This document shows, in pieces, positions 38,766-52,069 of a stretch of DNA of 64,000 nt (its first letter is position 1; every line of letters starts with the position of its first letter). The notes under the pieces are model-generated. The model saw nothing but the letters and a program-made list of their open reading frames with translations. It searched no databases and was not told where the DNA came from. The stretch is from Lepidodermella squamata. Lineage: Eukaryota; Animalia; Gastrotricha. The position numbers and the translations under genes were made by a program. The DNA lies in contig JBLDXI010000009.1 in NCBI GenBank assembly GCA_047495785.1, forward strand, positions 5,332,001 through 5,396,000, read 5' to 3'.

Positions 38766-40521
38766 ACATAAAAAGTAAGCATAAATTGCTTGAAAGAATA
38801 CCGTTTACAGTTAAGATTCAAGCTATAAAGTGTGTTACCTAGTGGTAAGAGCAGAAAAAGCACATGATCGGGGACTTCGATGTGCAGAATCAATGGATGC
38901 TACCTGGTGGATGCTAATTTATAATTCATCTTCCAGAGCAGCCACGCAGGAAGAACAGTAAATTCTTAGGAAATTTCACCAGCATGGAAAATCGCGACTC
39001 AGTCATATTGAAATCAGGTTAGAACACTCGTTTACACAGTGAAACTCGTGTGAAACTCCGATTTCCTCTAACCAGTATGTTGCCTTCCCATCATTTAGTA
39101 TCAGCTCAGGTATCTCAGTCATCTTCAATAAGCCGACGGTTGTTTGCTGCGATGAGAGTGTAAGGAATGTGCTATCATGTGACAACTGATTAGGCAATGA
39201 TCAGCATGTTTGTCTCAGTTTAGTTTATTGTTCCATTTGAAAATTCCACTCGTCGATGTTCGGTTTATTAAATAAAGCTGTTGAGTATCGATTGGCAAAG
39301 TCCTTCCTTCGGTGTTGCGGGAAGTTTTTTCAAAGCGCTGGACAGTTGGATGAGAGCATCGGCGTTGCTATTAATACTCAAATGAACAATTTATTTACTT
39401 AAGAAGCCATATCGCCCAGAAGTGGGCAGCTTTGCAAGTTGAATGAAAGAGAACCATATTATTGTACGACAGGTTGCAGAGGTATATTAGGACAATTCAG
39501 ATGACAATGTGAAACAATGTCACAATAGACGCTTTTACTCTATTATTCAGGTGTACAGGACGCCAAAGTGTCTCATATCGTGATGAGGCGTAAAACTGTG
39601 GCCACAATTAACTTCTTAGAAATGCATCAGTTTCAATTGTGCATGTTTTCGCTAAAAAACCTCATCTTGGTCAGTATACCAGTGCTTTATTGAGAATTAG
39701 TTTGGAAAAGGGGAAGCAAACTTGTGTGTAAACCATCAAGAAGATTCAATTGAAACTGTAGCTGTCATGAAGGACATCGCCTTAAGGAACCTTAAAGCAA
39801 CACCGGACATTCATCGAAAGTTGGGGTTGGTGCGAGGGCAAGGTCCGCAACTGAATGTCCGGTTGGGTTTTCGGATCAAGGATCAAGTATAACGCGAAAT
39901 TCCACAAAATGCGACGACATACATACTAATTGATTGGGGCTGAATAGGCAAGAAAGTATCCAAGACCTACGAATACGACATCGATGAAGTCTTTGCTCGT
40001 GAGTCAATAGGTACGGCCTGCCATATCGTCTGATAAGCGATGTCACAACAACAGCACCTCGGTTAGTGAGCCAAAAAATTCTGCTATTCTTTGGGGAATC
40101 TGTCATCCTGTATATCATGGACTGTCGCAGAGGAATACCGCGGAGTTGCTTCGTAAGCCACTCTGAGATTGATACTTGATCTGAACATTGAATTGAGAAT
40201 TTCGAGGTCTCATGCCCTTGTTCGACGTTTAACGAGGCAATAAGAGTAGTGCTATCATCTCAGCTGTTGATTTAAAATGACTTGATCGGAAAAATATTTA
40301 TTGCTATGTATCATCTGTTTCAAACAGCGGAGGCGATTGTTGCTCGTTGTGCTCGCATGTGCATAGTTGAAGCAACTAAAATGGGCATCGATGGCGCTCT
40401 GTTTCGACCAAGTATGTTATGATTCAATGTAACTTATTCTGGCATACTGGCAGATCGCTGGTTTGACGGCCAATTGCCCTTGCGATTGACGACTCACATC
40501 GCCGCTACTTGCACTAACCTT

Positions 40522-41060
40522 TATTATTATTTATTTATTTATTTATTTGAAAGCTCATACGCCCAAGAGAGGGCAGCTTGACAATGTTAAGGAAAACAAC
40601 ATATAATTGCAGGACAAGTTCAGATTATAGGACAGGAAAGGTGTAGTAGGAGAAAACAAAGTTATAGATCAGACACTCGATCAATTATGTTCTGATGTAA
40701 CTGAGCAGCAAAATCGCAACAAGAAACGTTAAGTACAGCATAGCAGTATAAACTGTAATCATAAAAATAAAATCACAAATTTCATCTCAAGCATAACCAG
40801 AACAAGGCCTCCGCTAATTTTTATTTAACTTTAATTTCCCAGCATTGGTAGAGTAACAATGATTGTACACAGCTTCGCGGCATTCCTTGGCCGATGCTGC
40901 TTGATGAGCTTCGGTCGGCAGTACGTTCCACCAGTCCGGCCCGCGATAGACGGCCCGACCTTCCAATTGAGTCTTCCAATTGGATTCAAGTTACTTTGGG
41001 TAGTAGAACAGGCAAGTTTGCAGTCAGGTTCAAGTGAGGAGCTCACCTCGACTCGACTCT
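40522..41060 (-). mobile_element. 5'-truncated L2/CR1-like LINE (ORF2 C-terminus, 3' UTR, (TAAA)n tail)
   Basis: Minus-strand YRGPDWWNVLP...S resembles the conserved ORF2 end (PxLWNxLP). The 3' UTR is shared with 6512-6659. Confidence 0.7.
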
Positions 41061-41940
41061 AATAGTGTACTCAACAGTGTTCACCGAACACTGCACGAAC
41101 CACAAATGACCCCAACTTCTCTTGTTTTCTTTGCACATATTATCTACACTACACTACTCAACTGTTGTAACTTGTAACCCAGAATTGCTCACAGACCCTG
41201 GATCCTGGATGCATAGATCGAATTGATCGATTCCATAGATAGTCGCCCTCCCGATCACGTCAACCCACACAACTACTGACCGCGTTAGGTTCACCCCGTC
41301 ACGAACTCCGCCAACCGCAGGGTGGAGGTCGTCGAAATTGTTCCCCGAATCACTCTGAACCCCAGCCTCTGGCCTGGCCTCGGCCAGTGTAATTTGTTCA
41401 TGAACTTGAAATTTTATGAATCAAATTATAAGTTAAAAATGTGATTTCCACTCGTTTTTTAATAATTTGCTTATTTAGGCGTCGCTAGCAACACAGTGTT
41501 GAGGCTTGGAGCGGGATGAAAGTGGAACATTCCCATCCAATATCACACCCGCAATCTCACTAGTTTTTTATTCTACCATGTTGACTGATCAAAAATGTTG
41601 TTTAACATTTCCTGTTGATGATTTGGTTATCTGGTCTGTTTGTAAGTGTAACGCTAACTTTGATTTTAAAAGCTTTGTTTACGATTTTTTAATTGACAAT
41701 GGGAAATGTTTATGTCCTGTACTTCGGGACTTTCTGCTTTTAAAGTTAAAGAGGCTTTTACTTAACTTTAATGCAGTTTAATTCTGTATTGCCCCAGTAG
41801 GTTGCTCTTCTAAGTTCTAAGTGCTATAGGTTGCTTGCCAGCTATATTTCAACTTTTTGAAACATACTCAATATGTCGCTTTTTCATTTTATAGATATCC
41901 GCTGAAGATTGCCAACACATATAGAAAACTTCAAAGAGGC

Positions 41941-43086
41941 ATGCAGCCTACAGGCTCCATGTCAGATGATATTTTGCGAGTCGCTAATAGCAACGATATG
42001 AATGAACTTGACGATCGAGTTCTGCAAGACCTTTACATGTGGGTTGACCAGATTCCTTTATCACGCCCCAAAAAGAATATTGCGCGTGATTTCTCCGATG
42101 GAGGTAAGTTCTGAATTTCTGCTAAGCTCTGAAGTTGATATGTTAAACTATTTTACTTTTTAGTTCTCGTGGCTGAAATATGTAAACACTTCTTCCCCCA
42201 ACACGTTGAGCTACACAACTATGCCCCGGCTAATAATACTAAGCAAAAAGTAGAAAACTGGTACCTCCTCGGCCGGAAGGTTTTCAAGAAATTAAAATTT
42301 GAGATAGCCGATGAGGTTATACGGCAAGTAGCCGCATGTCGACCTTGGGTTATTGAACACGTCCTTCTACTGCTGAGAACACGAATCGACCGAGTGTTAT
42401 ACCAACGAGGCGCAACGCTGAGCCGGACAGCCTCAGATGATAATGTCGCGATTGGAGGCGGCGATCTAAGCTTCCGCGGTGGCAACACGATTGGCGCAAA
42501 AGATTACAACGTAGTGCACGTTGGCAGTATCAACAAGCACCAAAATCCAATGCCGTCTTTTGCTGGCCAGCAAAATCTCAGACCACCACCTCAACAACAA
42601 GGCGGTTTCATGCCGCACCCAACAGCTCGAGGCCAAGGCGCCAATGGCCTACCGCCTCGGCCTTCTCAACTTCCTCGCCCGGTTCAAAACGGAAGGCAAG
42701 ATCCGATTGTTGAAGCAGCATTAGCTAACAAGGTGCCGCGAGTTGCGATGGAAGAGAAAGAGCAGGAACTGTTGGCAAAGGATGAAACCATTCAAATTTT
42801 ACAGGCTAAGGTTCGACGCCTCGAGCATCTCGTCCACCTCAAGGATATACGAATTGAGGAATTACAACAAAAATTGCAACAAATTCAAACCGGCGGCATT
42901 CCAGCGGCGTCTCTCGGACCAGCTAATCCTGGTCAAAGTATGATTCCAGCTCCTCCGAGTAATAACAACCGAGGCCCTCCGCAACACCCGCAGCGAATGG
43001 TTGTTCCTAATGGTGCTGTTCCAAATCACAATGGTTTTCGCGGTAGTAACCAGTACTTGACACAGCAAAACATGGCGGTAAGGTAA
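41941..43086 (+). CDS. SPEF1: Sperm flagellar protein 1 (CH-like domain plus coiled coil); intron 42104-42162
   Basis: LYMWVDQIPLSRPKKNIARDFSDG|VLVAEICKHFFP...VELHNY; EKEQELLAKDETIQILQAKVRRLEHLVHLKDIRIEEL. Confidence 0.95.
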
Positions 43087-43861
43087 TACATGGCCGGCTA
43101 AATAGAAAAACTCACTAGTTGCAAAAATCACATTTCTCTTGTAAATATCTGCAATATGTTAAGAAGCATGTCTCAGCTGAAAGCTTGCCACAACAATTAA
43201 TTTATCTGTGATTTTTGTGATCGGAAAACGTCAACTTACTGCTGCACATCGTGATCAATTGGAAAATGTGTCATTCTCTGATTAAATTCGATACTCAATT
43301 TTGTACATTAGAGATCTTCTGACGGTATGCGGACGCCTATTCGCGATACATCGTCTGTGGCTAAATAGTAACAAGTTTGATAAACAGTTCTGAACTATTC
43401 ACGCGAAAATGCTTGTACCTACAATTTCAATTAAGATATCGTGAATTTTTGTTATCGGTTTTTGCATGGGGTTGAAATGCATCGTGTATCCACAAAAATT
43501 ATCATTTCATTTACGACTTGTTGAATTTTTCATAGCTTTTCGCTGTATTTTAAACCAATGTGCCTGAATATTGATGAAAATAAAATTCAAAACGAATCAT
43601 ATGACACAAGCATATTTTTACTATAATTGAGTTTAATTAGGCCTAAAGCGATCGCGGAATGTATTCCCACGCAAAATCCCCAAATCGTCGATAAGTGGCA
43701 AAGATCAAGGCGAACCGGATGCTATGAAGTTTGCAGCAAAAACCTATCAAATAATTTGAGTTGTGATTACTGAACTTTTTATTCGAATAACTTTACAAGG
43801 ACGTGAAAGATGGCAAAATAATGATGATAGCGACAGTCAAGACGGGTTTCACAAAGTACGG

Positions 43862-46064
43862 TTAGTGACTCTGAACAGTTGATGAATGCTTGGCTTTCAG
43901 CAGCTTCTTTTCCACAGATTCTAGGTATGTCATGATGTCATATTTCTGGGCACTCACTGCGTGAATATAGGGCGTCCAACCATCCTTGTCCTTAGAAAAG
44001 ACCATCTCAGGAAATTTCTTGCATATCTTTTTAACCAAGTCTGGGTAGCTGTATTTTGCTTCAATTGCCATCATCAACGCATTCCAACCGCTATGACGAT
44101 CCGAAACGTTTAGATTTGTGCTGATATCGATCAGCATTTCTGCGATGCCAAATTCTCGTGTTATTAAGGCGGTCATTACAGCATCGCCATTACTTTCGGG
44201 ATCGTGTCGAGCTAAGTATTCCACGATGCCATACCGAGATTCTGAAATAGCCTCTTGGATTGCGGTATTCCATATTCCAAATTTTGTATTGCAGTGTAGT
44301 TTGATATCTGCACCTTTCTCGATCAAAAACTTCACGATATCGAGTGTACCTTGGCGCGCAGCATCACACAAAGGCGTATAACCACGTTCATGTTTCAAGT
44401 TGACATCAACTCGTATTTCTTCGATAAGATACTTCATTACGTCCAGGTGACCTTCTTTAGCGGCAATATGCAACGGAGAACGGAGTTTATGGTCGAAAGA
44501 CAGAGCCAGACTTGCATCCCTCTCGCACAAGAATTTGACGATCTAGATAGAAAAATAGATCAATTCACTGAAATTTGTTGAATTTAAGGGCGAATGGTTT
44601 TACCTCGAGGTGATTCTTCTCAGCTGCCAGGTGAATAGCTGTACCAGCATCGCCATCTGGCTCGTTAGATTTCTCCGCGTAGAATTTAGCCCTGATATCG
44701 GCTCCCAATGTGTCGATCAGGAACCGAACAAAATCGATGTGACCATGCTCACTCGCGTAGTGGAGCATTCTTTTCCAACCATCCTTGTTGCCCTCATTCG
44801 CGAATTCGACAACATATTTGATGCAATCGTGCGGCAAATCACAGAGAAGCTGCTTGATTCCTACCAAGTCTCCGTTTTTGGCAAGACTGCCACAAGCTTT
44901 TGCCACAGAAAAAGGCCCCTAAAAACGGCGAAAAATAGAAGGAAACACAATAACAGTGAACATTAGAAAACTTGTTCACTTACCCGTACCGAATCAGCTT
45001 TCGTTTTAAATTCCACTTTACCTATTTCAGCAAGCTTGATTTTCTCAGCTGAGTAGCTATTAGGGGTGAATTCGATCTCGCAGATATTAAGCGATTGTCC
45101 ATCCGCCATGATGTCGTGAATAATTCCCATCTGATGATCGACATCTTGGAGAAATCTGCTAGTATTGCATAGCTCAGTGCTAGAAAGCTGAGACAGGGCT
45201 AATTCTTCAACGTCCGCTAACTTGCTCATTACCAGCCGGGTTTTGTCGACTTCGAACGTGCTAGCGAGTTTCGCTACCTTAGCTCGCTGCTCTTCCTCAA
45301 TTGTATCGATGCTGTCCAACATTCGCTTTCTAGCAGCTCTTATTTCGGCTACGACGTCGTGTTCATACTTGTCCCAAGTATCGGCGGCACTACGTTTCGC
45401 TTTCGCAGCCTTGATTTTCAAATTCCAACTCAAACTGTCGGCATTTTTCTGAACCCAAGATTGAGAGGATTTCCAGCTATTTGCGACCTAGTTTTCAGGA
45501 TAATAATATCTGATTTTCGAAGGTTTGTACTCACGTTCTGGCCAAGCCACAGTGCTTCGATGCGAACCCGTTCTGTGTGTTGCAAGTAGCAGTATTCGCA
45601 AAAATCAAGCTGACAATGCTCGCATGAAATGGGCCGATCGCTCAGTCCTACATGATAGCATCGGTTTTGGACAAAGTCGAATTGAGAGTTCTTTTCGGTT
45701 TCTTTGATATGTTGGCCTAATCGCATTAAGGCATAGTTTTTGGGAACGTTCTCTGGATTCAGATTTAATGAGATTTCAAGAATTGGCTCGCTAAAACGGC
45801 AACTTACCCTTCGAGTTCTGGCTGTAACCGTGCTTGAAGCCTTTCGGACATTTCATATCAACGCTACCCCACTTCAAGCACGAAGTGCAAATCGAATGGC
45901 CGCAACCAGGAAAGCTTCTTAAATCGCTGTTGATCAAGGAGTGGCTTTGCCTATGACATTCGCTGCACTTCGCCAGCTATGAATTGAAACAAGCAGATAA
46001 ATCAATGAAAATTCGCTCTATATGCGTGGGAACTAACGGCTTTGAATGCTTCGTCGGTGGCCAT
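43862..46064 (-). CDS. TRIM-like RING / B-box-like / coiled-coil / ankyrin-repeat protein, 6 exons
   Basis: Spliced reading: MATDEAFKA|LAKCSECH...CGHSICTSC...CPKG...|ENVPKNYAL...CEHCQLDFCEYCYLQH...|coiled coil...|GPFSVAKAC... followed by about 7 ANK repeats. All junctions are GT-AG and frame-consistent. Confidence 0.85.
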
Positions 46065-47485
46065 GCAAAACAGCAAATTCCACGTATGGTGTGCAAATTG
46101 CAAATGAACAAATAAACATTTCAAGGTTTTGAAAGCTGTAGAAAAATTATTAAGGTGGATTTCTTAATTTCATGATGAGCATTTTCTTTTTAAACTTTTA
46201 ATCGAAGTAGTGAAACTCAAGGTTCAATGCTATCATCTGCAGTAAATCGGCGGCATAGGAATAAGTATCGATTTCACATTTCACAGAACCCAAATTCGCT
46301 GCGATTTCTAGCGACCAGAATCTCTGAGAAAGGAGCAATTTTTTGACATCTCTGCTTGAACAATGCTTGAAAGAAGATTAAAATACAAATTTGAAATAAT
46401 ATATATCTTCAGTCTGGTTTCAGGCAGCGTATCCAAAACACCGAACGATGGATTTCATTCAGATACACAGATTTTATGAGTAGCCGGCAATCCGAATTTC
46501 TCAATTTGTTGGACACCTAAAATGTGTGTACCTATTTTGCTACCTGCCACGCCAATCAAAATTGAACAAGTAATTTAAAAGATATATTCAAAGGTGACAC
46601 AATTCTGGATTTCATGATATGAAGAGAATTCGAGAACAGGATAAAATAATTGCGACAACCCTAATCAACTTCCCCAAAGAAAATATCAATAATGTATACT
46701 GTTTATCTTTTTTTTAATGTTTTAAATGCATGTTGTGTCGGAATCGAGTGATTTTTCGGGATTTTTTTTGCGGATTTTTTTCCATACACATCAGCAGGTG
46801 GTGTTGAATTTACCTGTATATGCTAATTACTTCCCGGTTATACGTGCGTTCAAAAAGGTCGAATGGAATGGAATAAAACTCCAACGGCGGTATTTCCGGT
46901 ATTTTCTACCCTGTGTTATTTGATATGACGCTAGCGCAAAGGCATTTAACAGCATTCCTGCGTTTCTAATTCATAGCCAACTTTTCGTAAATATAAATCG
47001 CAGGCTTGATAGATTAAATCACATGAAAACTAAAATTAAATTAAATTAGGTTCTATGTCATTCGAGAAAAATCACGAGTAAAGTTATTTTTTTTCCATTG
47101 CCATGCGAAATCTCCCATGAATTTTATTGGGTAACAAAAATAGAAAATTTTAAAACTTTCATAAATGTAGCATTTCGCATTTATTTTTTGACTATCTAAA
47201 TTCTTAAAATTTACGGCAATATTTTAGCGATTGCGTATTTAGAGCATGTTACGCCTCATTTCGATCCGACGAGGCCGAGCACCACCTGTTTCGGCGTAGT
47301 ATTGACACAAGCAAACAGCTCTAGACGTGACATTTCCACCGTTTTTCGCCTCAAATTTAGCATTCCGTGCTTCCGCCTCGAATGCTTGTGAACATCACGC
47401 GCTTCTCCTTTGTTTAATCTCTCTCTCTCTCATGTTCTCCTTAAATTGAAATACCTTTAGCGATTGTTATACTTACACTTTCATC

Positions 47486-48733
47486 ATGTCGCGCCATTCA
47501 AGTGACGCTTCCATGTTCGCCTTTGTTCTAGCCGCCGTTTTGTGCCTCGCATCGGCGAATGATAGCCGGTATTTCCTGAAATGTAAGTACCCATCCTTAA
47601 CAAGCCATAATTAAATTTGAAATAAATCTAAAAAATGCCCTAATTAAGGACACTTTGATTTCGACGCATTTCGCATTTCGCATTTTTTCATTCATTTTTT
47701 AATTAAAATGTAGAAATTCCCGGAATTTGACCTTGCTATAAGCATTTTTTCGATTTTGCGAGGCTCCATTTGCGCAAACGAGAGCGGGAGGGCAAAAATG
47801 CAAATCTGCGAATGAATTTCTACGAAAATTGAGAAAATCGAGGGGAATGACGTACATATTTTGTTATCTTTAGATGATGACCGCAAATGCGACTCGATGG
47901 GCAAAGCCAGTGACATTTTCGCCGTTGGCCTCGCCGATTGTTCGACCTGCGAGCCTTCGATGTGCCTTCACCTCATCGTCGACACGGCTAAATCATGGGA
48001 CTCGGCAAAAACCTACTGCGAAGACCTGGCAGTTCGAAGCGAGGATGTCCTAACATCAAATCTCGCCGTCATAATGACCGAGGCGAAACTCGAGGCGATC
48101 AAGACCTTCCTGAATGGCCTCGAGGAGCAGACGAAGCCGCGGGGCGTTTGGATCGGCCTGCATTCGAACAGCGGCCTGGCGACTTGCTCGGCCTGGGAGC
48201 GATTCTTGTGCATTATGGGCGCGACTCAGTGCGCGTGCAAGCAGTGGCTGTGGCTCGGCGCTGTGCCCATGCCGGGTACGCCTCAGTACTGGGCGCCGGG
48301 CCAGCCGGCGGGCGCGTGGTCCATCAACGGCGGCAATTGCGCCAAGATGACCAGGGAACACGAGTGGCGCTACTACGACGATCCGTGCTCGAATTCGCTC
48401 AACTTTTGGCGCCAACCCAAGGCTATCCTATGTGAAGCTAGCCGTAAGATTTACCATTAAATTTTTTTTTAATTTCTTGAAATTTAAATTTTCGATGATT
48501 TTCGACACAATTATTGGCTGAATTTTTTTCTGCTATTACCATTTTCTGCCATTTTCGAATTTTTTAATGTTAAAATCTAAAAAACAGTCTTGAAATTTCA
48601 AATTTTAATTTTTGAAAATTTTTAAGTTTAATCATTGAAATCGAATGGAGATTTCATAAATTTAAAGTGATGACTCCTATTGCCTCAAGAAATCCAATTT
48701 ATATTCTTTATTTTTTATTTTCCAGTCAAGTAA
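47486..48733 (+). CDS. Secreted C-type lectin 1 (exons 47486-47582, 47874-48443, 48726-48733)
   Basis: Signal peptide; SWDSAKTYC, WIGL, WAPGQP, NCAKM, YDDPC, ILCE. Confidence 0.9.
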
Positions 48734-48896
48734 ATTTCCAGTCGAGCGGAACGAAGTTCATCCTGATCAAGACTAAACAATGATCGACTCACCTTATCAT
48801 TATTTTACCCTCCAATTTTTTGTTTCGGACCTTTTATTTCGCAAAAAATAAAATAAAAAAATATGTATTTTTACCAATTTTTAGATTTTTTTGAAA

Positions 48897-50003
48897 ATGT
48901 TACGATCGCTAATTTTAGCTGTCACGCTTGGTCTGGCATTGGCGCAAAATCGCCTCTATCTTAAGTGTAAGCTTGACCTATATTAAATGATATTGAATGA
49001 CCTAATTTTATTTTAAAGTCGACGATCGCCAGTGCACTAGTTTAGGGACCGGCGGTGACGTCGCCTCGGTTGGCCTCGCCGATTGCGAGACGTGCCGCGC
49101 CTCGTCCTGCCTCCACCTCATCCACAACACAGCGACAACGTGGGACGCGGCTAAGGACTACTGCGAGAAGCTGCGCGAACTCGACGACGATATGATCAGC
49201 ATCGAAAGCTCGCACCTCGCCATGATTTTGACCGAGGAGAAACTCGACGCCGTGCGCGCCTTCCTCGACAGCCTCAGCGGGTCGATGAAGCCTCGAGCGG
49301 CGTGGATCGGCCTCAGGTCCAACTCCGGTCTCGGCACGTGTTCCGCATGGCAGCGTTTCGTATGCCTGACCGGAACGGCGCACTGCGCGTGCAAGCAGTG
49401 GTCGTGGCTGGACAGCGTGCCGCAGGCTGGCACGCCTAATTACTGGGCGCCGGGCCAGCCGTCGGGCGCGTGGTCGTTCAACGGCGGCAACTGCGCGAAA
49501 ATGGTGCGCGACCACGAGTGGCGCTACTACGACGACCCTTGCTCGACTTCGTTCAACTTCTGGCGCCAGCCTAATGCCGTGCTTTGCGAAGCCACTCGTA
49601 AGAGAAACACCTGAGAAAAAATTTCTTTGAAAAATCTTCAAATCTTCAAAAAATTTGATAATAATAACCACATAATTTAGAAAATTTGAAAAAATTGAAT
49701 TTAATTTAAATTTAAAAAATGTGCTAATCATGCATATAGAAAAGTACAAATTTAATACCCGAAAATTAATTACGGCTATAGTGAAATGCGTCAAATCCAA
49801 AAGTTTTCCTAAACCGGACTACTTTGCCTGTCGCGACCCTAGACCGATTTAGACGAATTTCAATGTGTTTCAGGATTTTAAATAATTTTTAAAATAGCCT
49901 TTAACTCTCTTATTATTAAAGCTTTATAAAACTGTGTCGCGTTTCCGAGTTCCAGAATTTCACACCTTTATTCGTTTTTTTTACAGTGAAGCAAATGGCG
50001 TGA
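48897..50003 (+). CDS. Secreted C-type lectin 2, tandem paralog (exons 48897-48966, 49019-49597, 49987-50003)
   Basis: Same intron positions and phases as lectin 1; signal peptide MLRSLILAVTLGLALA; WIGL, WAPGQP, YDDPC, VLCE. Confidence 0.9.
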
Positions 50004-52069
50004 CGAGCGAAGAGCTGATTGCCGAGTGTCCCCACCCTGCCGATCACGAAAATTTCGAATTATTTAGAAATAAAAAAGTTGCGATTCGAAATCGATTTAT
50101 TGTTAGATACAGAAACATGCCTTCCACGTATCATTCTACACTATACTATTTGTTGTCGGCTGTTAACTTGAATAAAACCTGTTTTTAGATAGAGATGAAA
50201 TGACATTTCTCTCATCTGATGAAAAAATTTAATAATAATAATAATAAAAGAATGAGAATTCTTCAATGGCAGGTGTTTCTTGGCGTGACTCAGCCGTCTC
50301 GCCTCATTGACTTCTTTCGCATCATTTTTTCGCAACCCCTCGCCGAAATTTTATTGTTATTTTTTTTACGCGCAATGTCTGTAAACATTATTATTACAGC
50401 AGCCCGCCGCCAATTACTCGCGCCTGCAATAAATAAAAAATGAGGCATCGGAGTTATATAATATTATCTAGCTAAGTATTCGCGTAGCAAATTTTTGTTA
50501 TTGTTTAGGGGTTGTGTAAATACAGACGCGTGGTGAGCGAAATATTCGAGGCGAAAATCCCGATGCAGACGGAGAGGTTTATCACTCACTCTCACAGGGC
50601 TAATTATTATATTTGTTATTGGTTTTTTCTAGGCGAAAAACTCTCATTTTCACGCTTGATTGATTTTATAGCAGATCTGACCAAAATGTGACATTTTAGT
50701 AAAACTGTTTTTCCCGTTTCTTTAAGCGATAAATCACGCTTGGGTGACGACACTTTTACAACCGCCTATTCATCACGTGTTTTCATATATCTTGAAAAAA
50801 AGTCTGCGCGTTTTTTTTGGCAGGTTTGATTAATTTCTTAAGTGGAGTAAATAAATAAAAAAATTAAGAATAAGGCGTGCGCTGCTTTAGAATTTATCGC
50901 CTTGCAGACATTATGCTATGAGGCGTGTCACTAGCTTTTTCACGGTTCATTGATTGCCGATTTCTTTTCTCAATTCTAGATTCTGGATCACCTTGGGAGA
51001 TATTTTTTCCGTCACGCATCATTAGCCGGATTCTTATTACACAGTTAATGGCCCTCGATTGTTGCGTGTAACTTTGAGAATTGTTTTCGCACGTCCCATA
51101 GTATTGCACAAAGCCGGCGGAAACTAACAGGATCGGCCACCTCTATCTCAATATCGATATTTGTGTCATATATCGACGATAAGCGAAAAAATCATCTTTC
51201 ATCCCTCGGATGATTTCGATTTTTTTATTGCTTCCCTCAACGAGAGCATCTATATAGCCGCCAAAAATATATCACATTTCATATAATAATAACGATAATA
51301 TATAAAAGTTCTAATAATATATATATGCGAAAGTAATTATGACTAGGATTTAAGTCATGGCGTCGTGAGAAAAATTATTGTGATATATCATCACGAGTGA
51401 TGGAATAATTGATTCAAACTCAACTTTTTGCTGCGCCAATTTTTCATCTGCTAGGCATATTATATAGGGAAATTCCAAATTAAGGAATCGTTTTCTCTGC
51501 ATGGGAATATTCCAGCCGTTAACCAATAAATTAATTAATCTTAATTCCTATTAAGAATTTTAAACTTTTCCGAGACAATTATTGCAGATTTTTTGGGGTA
51601 AACATAGCAAAAAGAAATTCTAAAAATAGCCTGCGCCCCTCGCCAGACAACAGCTGTAGAGCACATTTCGTTACAGTCGGCATTATAAAAATAAATTAAT
51701 TTCCGCTCCCGTACGTTTTCATACCGGATATATCGCATAAAAAACATGTGTTATTGCTCTCCTATTAATTGTAAAAAATATCCAGGATTTTTGCGGAGAA
51801 CAGCGTGGGTTAATTTGAGGTGTTTTATTGTACTTCAAGAGTCCCAGTTATATGAAAATATTATTAATGCATATAATTTTTATCGACCAAAATCGCGTCT
51901 ATTTTTGTAAAAATTGCTCTAATTTAAGCCGTTTACTTATCGCCTTTTCGTGCTAATATATTAAGTTATTGTGCCGTTTTTTTGCCTAGACACCCTAACA
52001 TTTTTATAGTACAAATTTATTTCCTGTAACAATGGCTATTTCGCTAATTCGATTTCCGTATAGAAAAAA

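Noticed and set aside
38800-40520. Possible decayed RTE-like LINE
   Set aside because: Only faint motif impressions; cannot be supported without a homology search.
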